Part shown: one piece after another, positions 8,214-17,012 of the stretch | Position numbering within the stretch: the first letter of the stretch is position 1 | Layout of the letters: every line of letters starts with the position of its first letter | Assembly (NCBI GenBank): GCA_041496385.1 | Contig: JBGQEL010000082.1 | Span: forward strand, 1-19,299 | DNA: 19,299 nt | Reading direction: 5' to 3' | From: Candidatus Methylomirabilia bacterium | GTDB lineage: Bacteria; Methylomirabilota; Methylomirabilia; Rokubacteriales; CSP1-6 | Notes under the pieces: model-generated | Told to the model about the DNA's origin: nothing | What the model saw: only the letters and a program-made list of their open reading frames with translations | The model's database searches: none | Position numbers and translations under genes: made by a program

Positions 8214-8885
8214 TCAGTTTGGCTTGACGCCCAGAAGTCCCCCGAACACGCGACGCGCTATCTTGAACGCCTCGGCCACCGTCGCTCCGGCTCCCGGCGC
8301 TGTCGGATTCGCCTCTCGCCACGCCCTCAGATCCTCTTCCGACCGGAAGAAGTTGAGCGTCGTTCAGAACGAGTCCAGGGCCCTGCCTCGGTTCTCGGCA
8401 TGCTTTTCGAACCATACCATCACGCCATCCGCCTCCGGCCCCGGGGCCTCTGGGTAGACAGAGAAAGCCAGGGGCACATTACAGTGGTGGCATCTGGCAC
8501 CAATATCGACTCGGTGCCCGAGCATCGGCGCGATGCCAAGCGCGTCGGTGGCGCAGCAGGTGTATCGCTCCAGACCATCGGGTAGTCTGACGACAAAGCG
8601 CGTTGGGGCGGCCGAGAACGGATATGCGATGTCCACGTGCCCGCCCCGGACCCGAATCAAGTCGTCGGCGTCGAGCGCACTGAGCGCATCGTGGACGCTC
8701 GCGCGCGGGCGGTCATGAAAGGCGGCAATGATGTCCTCCACGGGGATTGGCCCGCCCCGCTCCACAAAAGCTCGCAAGATTTTCTCGAGGACGTCGGTCT
8801 CGCGGGCCACTCTACGCGCGGCCCACCTGACCTCCAACGCAGGGTCAGCGAGTTCCTCAGCCGTTCTGATCTCGAGGGTCGCCAT
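8214..8885 (-). CDS. organomercurial lyase MerB-like protein, predicted selenoprotein (UGA = Sec174), 223 aa
   Basis: ATG 8885 with SD GGAGG. MerB-type motifs [20 protein letters not shown]. In-frame TGA at 8366-8364 in [19 protein letters not shown]...VAEAFKIA, matching the MerB C-terminus (SFCCHVHFFAS...VHEAF). The frame stays open 49 more codons to TGA 8216-8214. Confidence 0.85.
8326..8363 (-). promoter_or_regulatory. bacterial SECIS-like hairpin 3' of the in-frame UGA in the merB-like gene
   Basis: mRNA: UGA ACGACG CUCA A CUUCUUCC [GGUC] GGAAGAGG AUC UGAG. 8-bp upper stem (one G-U), 4-nt loop starting with G 19 nt after UGA, lower CUCA/UGAG stem. Confidence 0.7.
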
Positions 8886-8902
8886 TGGTGTCCTCCGGTC
8901 TC

Positions 8903-10375
<1,473 letters not shown>

Positions 10376-10520
10376 GGTTGTTGTAGCGGGGGCCGCGGGG
10401 TCGGTGGGACTCCGTGGGTGGCCTGAGAAAGACGCGACCCGGCTCTGTTCCCTCTGCGCGTCCCCGTGTGGGTGATCTGCGGGGCCGATGGCGTGGCCCC
10501 GTTGCGCCTGGCTTCGCGTT

Positions 10521-12149
10521 TCACTGCAGGGGGAGGACGTCGGCCTGGCGGAGGCGGTAGCGCTGGATCTTCCCCGTCTCCGTGCGCGGGAGCTTGTCGA
10601 CGAACTCGATCGCGCGCGGATATTTGTAAGGCGCCAGCTCGCGCTTGGCGTGCTCCTGCAGCTCGTCGACGAGCTCCGCCGACGGCGTCCGGCCCGGCGC
10701 CAGGACGACGAACGCCTTGACGACGAAGCCGCGCGTCCGGTCCGGTGCCGCGACCACGGCCGACTCGGCCACGGCCGGATGCTCGTCGAGGACCTGCTCG
10801 ACCTCGGGCCCGGGGATCTTGTAGCCGCCCGAGACGATCATGTCGTCGGATCGGCACTGGTAGGTGAGGTAGCCGTCGGCGTCCTTCACGTACACGTCGC
10901 CCGTCACGTTCCAGCCGCCGAAGCGCACGTACTCCGCCTGGCGGTCGGGCTTGCGCCAGTACTTGCAGCCCGTCGGCCCCTTGATCGCGATGAGGCCCTC
11001 CTGACCGACCGGCACCTCACGCCCGCTCTCGTCCACGACACGACAGTCGTAGCCGGTGACCGGGAACCCCGTGGCGCCCGGCCGCACGCGGCCCTTCACC
11101 GACGAGACGAAGATGTGGAACATCTCGGTCGAGCCGATGCCGTCGAGGAGCTCGACGCCGGTCGTCTTCTTCCATTCCTCCCACGTCGCCGCGGGCAGGG
11201 GCTCGGCGGCCGAGACGCCGAGGCGCAGGCTCCCGAGGTCGAACCGTCGCGTCAGCTCGGGCACCCGGAGCATCAGGCGATAGGACGTCGGGGCGCAGAA
11301 GCAGACCGTGACGCGCTCGCGCGCGAAGGTCTCGAGCATGGACTCGGGCGTGAACGGGCCGCTCAGCACGGTCGAGGCGCCGAAGCGGAACGGAAAGACG
11401 AGGAGGCCGCCCGTGCCGAAGGTGAAGGCGAGCGTCGGGTGGCCGCCGAAGCGATCGTCCGGCGACGGCGCCAGCACCTGGCGCGCGTAGGAGTCGGCCG
11501 AGGCGAGGATGTCGCGATGGAAGTGGACGCAGCCCTTCGGCACGCCGGTGGAGCCGGACGTGTAGGCGATCATCGCCGGCTCGTCGCGATCCGTGTCGGC
11601 CGCGGGGAACCTCTCGGGCCGGCCGGACATGAGCGCGGCGAGCGTCGTGTCGCCCGCCTGGGCCTCGCCGGCGACGATGATCTGCTCGAGGACGGGCGCC
11701 TGCGGCCGGGCGCGCTCGAGCTCTTCCCGGAGGCCGCCCCAGACGATGGCCGCCCGGGTGCCCGCGTCGTTGGCGACGTAGGCGAGCTCGCGCGCCCGGA
11801 GCATCGGCATCGTGCCGACGGTGACGATGCCGAGCTTCTGGCAGGCGAGCCAGCTCAGAATGAACTCGGGCACGTTCGGCAGACGGATCAGCACGCGATC
11901 GCCGCGGTCGAGGCCGAGCGCGCGGAGGCCGTGGCAGAGCCGGTTCACCCGCGCCGCGAGCTCGCCGTAGCTCCAGACGACCCCGCCCGCGTGGATCGCC
12001 GGGCGCCCCGCGTGGCCGCCGTCGGCGTGGACGTCGAGCAGCTCGCGGCCGACGTTGAGCCGCGCCGGATAGCGCAGCTCGGGCAGGGTGTAGACGCGGT
12101 CGGGCATCTGCTCGGGCGCCGGAAGCGAGCTGCGGAGGTCGGGGATCAC
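10521..12149 (-). CDS. benzoate-CoA ligase family protein (2-aminobenzoate-CoA ligase AbmG-like)
   Basis: YTSGSTGVPKG, PTLAFTFG.GG, DGIGSTEMFHIF, GPTGCKY, TGD, RSDDMI.SGGYKI.GPEVE, APYKYPRAIEF...LPRTETGK. GTG overlaps the RidA stop. Confidence 0.9.
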   Translation of the reverse strand: MIPDLRSSLPAPEQMPDRVYTLPELRYPARLNVGRELLDVHADGGHAGRPAIHAGGVVWSYGELAARVNRLCHGLRALGLDRGDRVLIRLPNVPEFILSWLACQKLGIVTVGTMPMLRARELAYVANDAGTRAAIVWGGLREELERARPQAPVLEQIIVAGEAQAGDTTLAALMSGRPERFPAADTDRDEPAMIAYTSGSTGVPKGCVHFHRDILASADSYARQVLAPSPDDRFGGHPTLAFTFGTGGLLVFPFRFGASTVLSGPFTPESMLETFARERVTVCFCAPTSYRLMLRVPELTRRFDLGSLRLGVSAAEPLPAATWEEWKKTTGVELLDGIGSTEMFHIFVSSVKGRVRPGATGFPVTGYDCRVVDESGREVPVGQEGLIAIKGPTGCKYWRKPDRQAEYVRFGGWNVTGDVYVKDADGYLTYQCRSDDMIVSGGYKIPGPEVEQVLDEHPAVAESAVVAAPDRTRGFVVKAFVVLAPGRTPSAELVDELQEHAKRELAPYKYPRAIEFVDKLPRTETGKIQRYRLRQADVLPLQ

Positions 12150-12559
12150 GGCAGGCAGGCGAAGCCGTCGATCTCGATCGTGCAGCCGTCGGCCGCGTCG
12201 TAGAGGTCGCGCGCGCCGACGAGCGTCATCGCCGGGAAGTGCCGGCCGAAGTACTCGCGGTACACCTGGCCGATCGCCTTGCCCTGGCGCTTGTACTCGC
12301 CGGCGTCGAGGACGTAGATCGTCAGCTTCACCACGTCGGTCAGTCCGCCGCCCGCCGCGGTCACGACGGTCTTGAGGTTCTCGCAGACCTGACGGAACTG
12401 GGCCACGAGGTCGCCCTTGCCGACGGTGCGGCCGGCCGCGTCCTTGGCGACCTGGCCGGCGAAGAACAGCATCCGGCCGCCGTGTGTCTCGACGCCGTGC
12501 GCGAAGCCGACGGCCTTCATGAGCGCGGGCGGGTTGTGGAAGCGGATCTCACGGGTCAT
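12146..12559 (-). CDS. RidA/YjgF/UK114 family protein
   Basis: GFAHG, LFFAGQVA, QFRQVCENL..V..AAGG...DVVKLTIYVLD, FG.HFPAMTLVG, IEIDG. Confidence 0.9.
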   Translation of the reverse strand: MTREIRFHNPPALMKAVGFAHGVETHGGRMLFFAGQVAKDAAGRTVGKGDLVAQFRQVCENLKTVVTAAGGGLTDVVKLTIYVLDAGEYKRQGKAIGQVYREYFGRHFPAMTLVGARDLYDAADGCTIEIDGFACLP

Positions 12560-12575
12560 CGCGGACCTCCTCGGG

Positions 12576-13343
12576 TCAGGGTGGCGCGCTGCCGTCGAGC
12601 ACGAGCATCTCGCCGTTCGTCGCGTCGTCGTCGAGGAGCCCCGCCGCGACCGCCGCGACCTCGGCCGGCTCGATCAGCCGCCCGCCCGGATTGATCTTCG
12701 CCAGGGCCTGCACGGCCTCGTCGAACGACTTGCCGGTCTTCTTCTCGATGTTGCGCGCCGCCGCCCAGACGAGCTCGGTCGCGACGTAGCCCGGGCAGAT
12801 CGCGTTGACCGTGACGCCCTTGCCCGAGACCTCCATGGCGAGGGCGCGCGTGAAGCCGACGAGGGCGTGCTTCGACGCCGTGTAGGCCGTCACGTAGGGC
12901 GAGCCGTGGAGGCCGGCGAGGGACGCGACGTTGATCACGCGGCCCCAGCCGCGCTCGAGCATGCCGCCGAGGACGGCGCGCGTGAGCAGGTATGGGCCGC
13001 GCGCGTTGACGTTCATATGCCGGTCCCACATCTCCGGCTCGGTCCTGAGCAGCGGCGCCGACTCGGCGACCCCCGCGTTGTTGACGAGCACGTCGACCGG
13101 CCCGAGCGCCCTGACCGTCTCGGCGACGGCGCGCGCGATCGACGCGCCGTCGGCGACGTCGAGCACGACGGCTAGGGCCCGCGCGCCGGCGCGGCGCGCC
13201 ACGGCCGCCGTCTCCTCGAGCGGGGTGCGGGTCCGGGCGCCGACGGCGACGTCGCAGCCCGCGCGCGCGAGCGCCAGGGCGATCTCGCGGCCGATGCCCC
13301 GCCCGGCGCCCGTGACGAGAGCGATCCGCCTTGCGGCCGGCAT
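12576..13343 (-). CDS. short-chain dehydrogenase/reductase (3-hydroxyacyl-CoA/3-oxoacyl reductase-like)
   Basis: TGAGRGIG, VDVLVNNAG, NVAS, YTASKHA, VNAICPGYV.T. Confidence 0.93.
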   Translation of the reverse strand: MPAARRIALVTGAGRGIGREIALALARAGCDVAVGARTRTPLEETAAVARRAGARALAVVLDVADGASIARAVAETVRALGPVDVLVNNAGVAESAPLLRTEPEMWDRHMNVNARGPYLLTRAVLGGMLERGWGRVINVASLAGLHGSPYVTAYTASKHALVGFTRALAMEVSGKGVTVNAICPGYVATELVWAAARNIEKKTGKSFDEAVQALAKINPGGRLIEPAEVAAVAAGLLDDDATNGEMLVLDGSAPP

Positions 13344-13531
13344 CAGGGGCTTTCGGCGCAGAAGAAGAAGAACATCGGACGCGTGGTCTCACCGGCCTCC
13401 CGCCGGGGATCCGACAGGCAGCGTACGCGCGGCGGGCTGTCCGAGCGCGGCGCCGGGAAGGAGCCGCTGGCGCAGGCGGCGTAGCCGAGCGCGAACGCCG
13501 CGAGCAGCGCGCCGCGAGCGAGCCGATTCAT
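13343..13531 (-). CDS. small putative lipoprotein (62 aa), unknown function
   Basis: Basic N-terminus, hydrophobic core and lipobox-like YAA-C. Stop overlaps the SDR start (TGATG). TAGAAT lies 6 nt upstream of the ATG. Confidence 0.6.
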   Translation of the reverse strand: MNRLARGALLAAFALGYAACASGSFPAPRSDSPPRVRCLSDPRREAGETTRPMFFFFCAESP

Positions 13532-13537
13532 GCGGTC

Positions 13538-13568
13538 ATTCTAGCGCGGGATCAGGTATATATAGCCT
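13538..13568. promoter_or_regulatory. compact divergent promoter region (probable leaderless starts)
   Basis: 45-bp gap between divergent starts. Minus-strand TAGAAT (13543-13538) 6 nt from ATG 13531; plus-strand TATATATAGCCT (13557-13568) near ATG 13577; no SD on either side. Confidence 0.5.
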
Positions 13569-13576
13569 CGCGATTC

Positions 13577-14845
13577 ATGCCGCGCGCGTTCGCCCGCTGC
13601 TCGCTCGCCGATGCCGTCGCCCGCCTCCGGCCGGGCATGAAGGTGCTGATGCCGCCGGCCTGCGGCGAGCCCGCCGCGCTCGTCGCCGAGATCTGCCGCC
13701 AGGCCGGGGGGCTGGCCGACCTGACGCTGCTCGGCGGGATCCACCTCGGCGACTACCCGTGGACGCGGCCCGAGTGCGCCGCCCTGCGCTACGCGACGTG
13801 GCACATGTCGCCCCGTCTGGAGGACGCGCGCCGCCGGGGGCGCGTCGAGTTCGTGCCGATCCGCTACTTCGATCTCACGCGCGAGTTCGTCGCGGGCGGT
13901 GCCTGGGCGCCGGACTGCGTGCTCGTCCACACGGCGCCACCCGATGCGCACGGCTACCTGAGCCTCGGCGTCGGCGTCGGCGTGGCCCTGCCCGCCGCGC
14001 GCCGCGCCCCGCTCGTCATCGCCCAGGTGAACGCGGCGATGCCCCGCACGCGCGGGAACTCGGTCCTCCACGAGAGCCAGATCGACGCGTGGGTCGCGGT
14101 GGACGAGCCGTTGCTGCCGTCGCCGCCGCCCGCGGTGGGCGACGTGGAGCGCGCGATCGGCCGTCTGGTCGCCGCGCGCGTGCCGGACGGCGCCACGGTC
14201 CAGGTGGGCGTGGGCGCGATCCCGCAGGCCGTGCTCGAGGCGCTCGGCGACCACCGCGACCTGGCGCTCCACTCGCTGCTGGTGGACTCGTCGGTCGCGC
14301 TGGTCGAGCGCGGCGTCGTGACCTGCGCGCGGAAACGCGTGCATCGCGGCCGGATGGACATCGCCGAGGCGATGGGCACGCGGCGCCTTTTCGACTTCAT
14401 GCACGAGAACCCGATGGTCAACATGGATTCGTCGGCGTTCGTCCACGATCCCGACGCGGTCGCGCGGCTCGACCGCTTCGTGGCGATCAACTCGGCGCTC
14501 GAGGTGGACCTGACGGGGCAGGTGACGGCGGAGAGCCTCGGGCCGCGGCAGGTCGCGGGGGTCGGCGGCCAGTTCGACTTCGTGCTGGGCGCCTCGCGCT
14601 CCCGGGGGGGCGCGGCGATCATCGCGCTCCCCTCGACGGGGCGCGACGGCGCCGTCTCGCGCATCGTGCCGCGCCTGAGCGCGGGGGCGGCGGTGACGAG
14701 CCCGCGCTACCTCGCCGACTGGGTCGTGACGGAGTACGGCGCCGCGGAGCTTCGGGGCAGGGGAGAGCGGGGACGGGCCGAGGCGTTGATGGCCGTGGCC
14801 CATCCCCGGTTTCAGGGAGAGCTGGAGCGGGCGCTCACTTCTTAG
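13577..14845 (+). CDS. acetyl-CoA hydrolase/transferase family protein (4-hydroxybutyrate CoA-transferase-like)
   Basis: PPD.HGYLSLG, IAQVN..MPRT.G, DGAT.QVGVGAIP.AV, AINSALEVDLTGQV, GVGGQFDF..GA, IIALPST, SRIVP.L, VVTEYG.A.LRG, AHPRF. The catalytic Glu motif appears altered. Confidence 0.9.
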   Translation: MPRAFARCSLADAVARLRPGMKVLMPPACGEPAALVAEICRQAGGLADLTLLGGIHLGDYPWTRPECAALRYATWHMSPRLEDARRRGRVEFVPIRYFDLTREFVAGGAWAPDCVLVHTAPPDAHGYLSLGVGVGVALPAARRAPLVIAQVNAAMPRTRGNSVLHESQIDAWVAVDEPLLPSPPPAVGDVERAIGRLVAARVPDGATVQVGVGAIPQAVLEALGDHRDLALHSLLVDSSVALVERGVVTCARKRVHRGRMDIAEAMGTRRLFDFMHENPMVNMDSSAFVHDPDAVARLDRFVAINSALEVDLTGQVTAESLGPRQVAGVGGQFDFVLGASRSRGGAAIIALPSTGRDGAVSRIVPRLSAGAAVTSPRYLADWVVTEYGAAELRGRGERGRAEALMAVAHPRFQGELERALTS

Positions 14846-15062
14846 CCGCGTCGATCTTCTCGAAGATCTCCTCGTCGGTCGGGAAGCGGTAGGTCTCCTG
14901 GTTCGTGTACGCCACCGCCTTGTCGATGGAGACCTCGAAGATGCCGCCCGCGCCTTCGACGAGCTCGGCGCTGATGCCGTACTTCCGCTTGATTGCCTCC
15001 TGCAAACTGGAGGCTTGCGGTAAGTAGTTTCACTCGCCGCAGTATCTGATCTGGATGTTCAT
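14835..15062 (-). CDS. Rdx / SelW-SelT-SelH family selenoprotein (CxxU, Sec11), 75 aa
   Basis: ATG 15062 with SD GGAGG. MNIQIRYCGE-U(TGA 15032-15030)-NYLPQASSLQEAIKRKYGISAELVEGAGGIFEVSIDKAVAYTNQETYRFPTDEEIFEKIDAAKK-TGA, with family motifs YCxxU, GG.FEV and RFP. Confidence 0.92.
14995..15029 (-). promoter_or_regulatory. SECIS-like hairpin 3' of the UGA in the Rdx gene
   Basis: mRNA: UGA AACUACUUACCGCAA GCCUCC [AGUUUGCA] GGAGGC. 6-bp stem; loop begins 21 nt after UGA with G in second position. Confidence 0.55.
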
Positions 15063-15093
15063 CCGATCCTCCTCTCCCTGACGAGGGGCCCTC

Positions 15094-15106
15094 ATTCTAG
15101 TATGAT
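15094..15106. promoter_or_regulatory. back-to-back -10 hexamers (bidirectional promoter)
   Basis: ATTCTAGTATGAT contains TAGAAT on the minus strand (toward rdx) and TATGAT on the plus strand (toward the nucleoside hydrolase). Confidence 0.55.
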
Positions 15107-15132
15107 GCGGCGCAAGCGTAAGGAGATTCTGT

Positions 15133-16062
15133 GTGGCCACGCCCCTGCTGATCGACACCGACCTCGGCATCGACGACGCGCTCGCGCTGCTGATGGCGTG
15201 GGGCTCGCCCGAGGTGGCGGTCGAGCTGATCACGACGGTTGCGGGCAACGTGCCGGTCGAGCAGGCGACCACGAACGTCTACCGCCTCCTCGCCCTCCGG
15301 AAGCCCGATCCGCCGCCCGTGGTCGCCGTCGGGGCGGCGGAGCCGCTGGCCCGCCAGCTCGTCACGGCCACGCGCTACCACGGCGAGGACGGTCTCGGGG
15401 ACCTCGGCGACTGGCCGGCGGTGAGCCCGGGGGCGGCGCGCGCGGCCGTGCCGCTCATGCTCGACAAGGCGCGCCGGGCGCAGCGGCTCCTGACGGTCGC
15501 GGCGCTCGGGCCCCTCACGAACCTGGCGCTCGCGCTCAAGGCCGACCCCGCGGCGATGAAGTTCGTCGGGCGCTTCGTCGCCATGGGCGGCGCCGTGGAC
15601 GTGCCGGGCAACGTCACGCCGACCGCTGAGTTCAACATGTACGTGGACCCCGAGGCGGCGCACCGCGTGTTCGCCGCCGGGCTCTCGCTCGATCTGGTCC
15701 CGCTCGATGCGACGCGCCAGGCGGTGCTGCCGCGTGCGGGGCTCAAGAAGACGCTCGGCCGCCTGAGCGGGCCGCTCGCCGCGCGCATCACCGCGTTCAG
15801 CGATCGCGCGTTTCGACTCGACCACTCGGCGGGCGCCCACGGCATGGTGCTGCACGACCCGCTGGCGCTGGCGCTCGCGGTCGATCCGACGCTCGCGGAG
15901 TGGGAGACGGTACGGCTCGAGATCGGCCCCGAGGGCGAGACGCGGCGCGCCGCCGGCGAGCCCAACTGCCGCATCGCCAAGGGGATCGACACGACGCGGT
16001 TCCTCCGCATGTTCCTGGATCGTCTGTGCCCGCCGCCGCCCCGCCGCCGCGCATCCTCGTAG
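15133..16062 (+). CDS. inosine/uridine-preferring nucleoside hydrolase family
   Basis: DTDLGIDD, GNV, HGEDGLG, LGPLTNLA, MGG, GNVTPTAEFN..VDPEAA, HDP. SD AAGGAG before GTG. Confidence 0.93.
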   Translation: MATPLLIDTDLGIDDALALLMAWGSPEVAVELITTVAGNVPVEQATTNVYRLLALRKPDPPPVVAVGAAEPLARQLVTATRYHGEDGLGDLGDWPAVSPGAARAAVPLMLDKARRAQRLLTVAALGPLTNLALALKADPAAMKFVGRFVAMGGAVDVPGNVTPTAEFNMYVDPEAAHRVFAAGLSLDLVPLDATRQAVLPRAGLKKTLGRLSGPLAARITAFSDRAFRLDHSAGAHGMVLHDPLALALAVDPTLAEWETVRLEIGPEGETRRAAGEPNCRIAKGIDTTRFLRMFLDRLCPPPPRRRASS

Positions 16063-16958
16063 TCGGCTCCGCGAACGTGGACTTCACGGTCGCGGCGGCG
16101 CGCCTGCCGCGTCCGGGCGAGACGATCACGGACGGGTCGCTGCTCGTGAACCACGGCGGCAAGGGGGCGAACCAGGCCGTGGCCGCGCGGCGCCTGGGCG
16201 CCGAGGTGCGGTTTGTCGGCTGCGTGGGCGACGACGCCTCGGGGCGCGAGATCCGCGCCGCGCTCGCGCAGGAGGGCATCGACGTCGCGGGCATCTCCGT
16301 GACCGCGGCAGCCGCCACGGGCACCGCGCTGATCGTCGTGGACCGCGAGGGGCGGAATCAGATCGCCGTCGCGCCGGGCGCGAACCGGGCGCTGACGGTC
16401 GAGATGGTGCGACGGCGCGAGGTCGATGTCGTCTGGGCCGACGTCGTCATGTGCCAGCTCGAGACGCCGCTCGAGACGGCCGCCTGGGTGCTCCGCGAGG
16501 CGCGCACGCGCGGGAAGACGACGCTCCTGAACCCGGCGCCGATGCGCGACGACGCCGTCGCGCTGGTGCCGCTCGCCGACTACGTGACCCCGAACGAGAT
16601 CGAGGCCGAGGGACTGACCGGGCTCGCCGTGGGCGACGCGGAGGGCGCCGTCGCGGCAGGGCACGCGCTCAGGAAGCTCGGCGCGGGCACGGTCGTCGTC
16701 ACGCTCGGCCCGGCCGGGGCGCTGGCGTGCACGCCCCAGGGCGACCTGCGCGTGCCGGCCTTCGCCGTCACCGTGGTGGACACGACCGGAGCGGGCGACG
16801 CGTTCAACGCCGGCCTCGCCGTCGGGCTCGCCGAGAGGCTGGCGCTGCGCGACGCCCTGCGCCTCGCGAGCGCGACGGCGGCGCTCGCCTGCACCCGGCG
16901 CGGCGCCCAGGCGTCGCTGCCGGCCCGGGCCGAAGTGGACCGACTCCTCGACCAGTAG
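16026..16958 (+). CDS. rbsK: ribokinase (PfkB family)
   Basis: VVGSANVD, LPRPGET, GGKGANQAVAA.RLG, G.N.I.VAPGAN, QLE, LNPAP, PNE.E, DTTGAGDAF. Likely GTG 16026, overlapping the hydrolase 3' end. Confidence 0.92.
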   Translation: MPAAAPPPRILVVGSANVDFTVAAARLPRPGETITDGSLLVNHGGKGANQAVAARRLGAEVRFVGCVGDDASGREIRAALAQEGIDVAGISVTAAAATGTALIVVDREGRNQIAVAPGANRALTVEMVRRREVDVVWADVVMCQLETPLETAAWVLREARTRGKTTLLNPAPMRDDAVALVPLADYVTPNEIEAEGLTGLAVGDAEGAVAAGHALRKLGAGTVVVTLGPAGALACTPQGDLRVPAFAVTVVDTTGAGDAFNAGLAVGLAERLALRDALRLASATAALACTRRGAQASLPARAEVDRLLDQ

Positions 16959-17012
16959 GAGGGGACTCATGGCTCGATTCAGCGTCGCGATCGGACGCGG
17001 AAGTAGCGCCGG

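Noticed and set aside
8214..8885. Classical mer operon or mercury transposon
   Set aside because: No merR, merA, merT or merP, and no transposase or terminal repeats seen in the window.
14842..15272. ORFs 14842..15033 and 15030..15272 (-)
   Set aside because: The first is the wrong frame and the second is an over-extended 5' piece of the Rdx selenoprotein gene.
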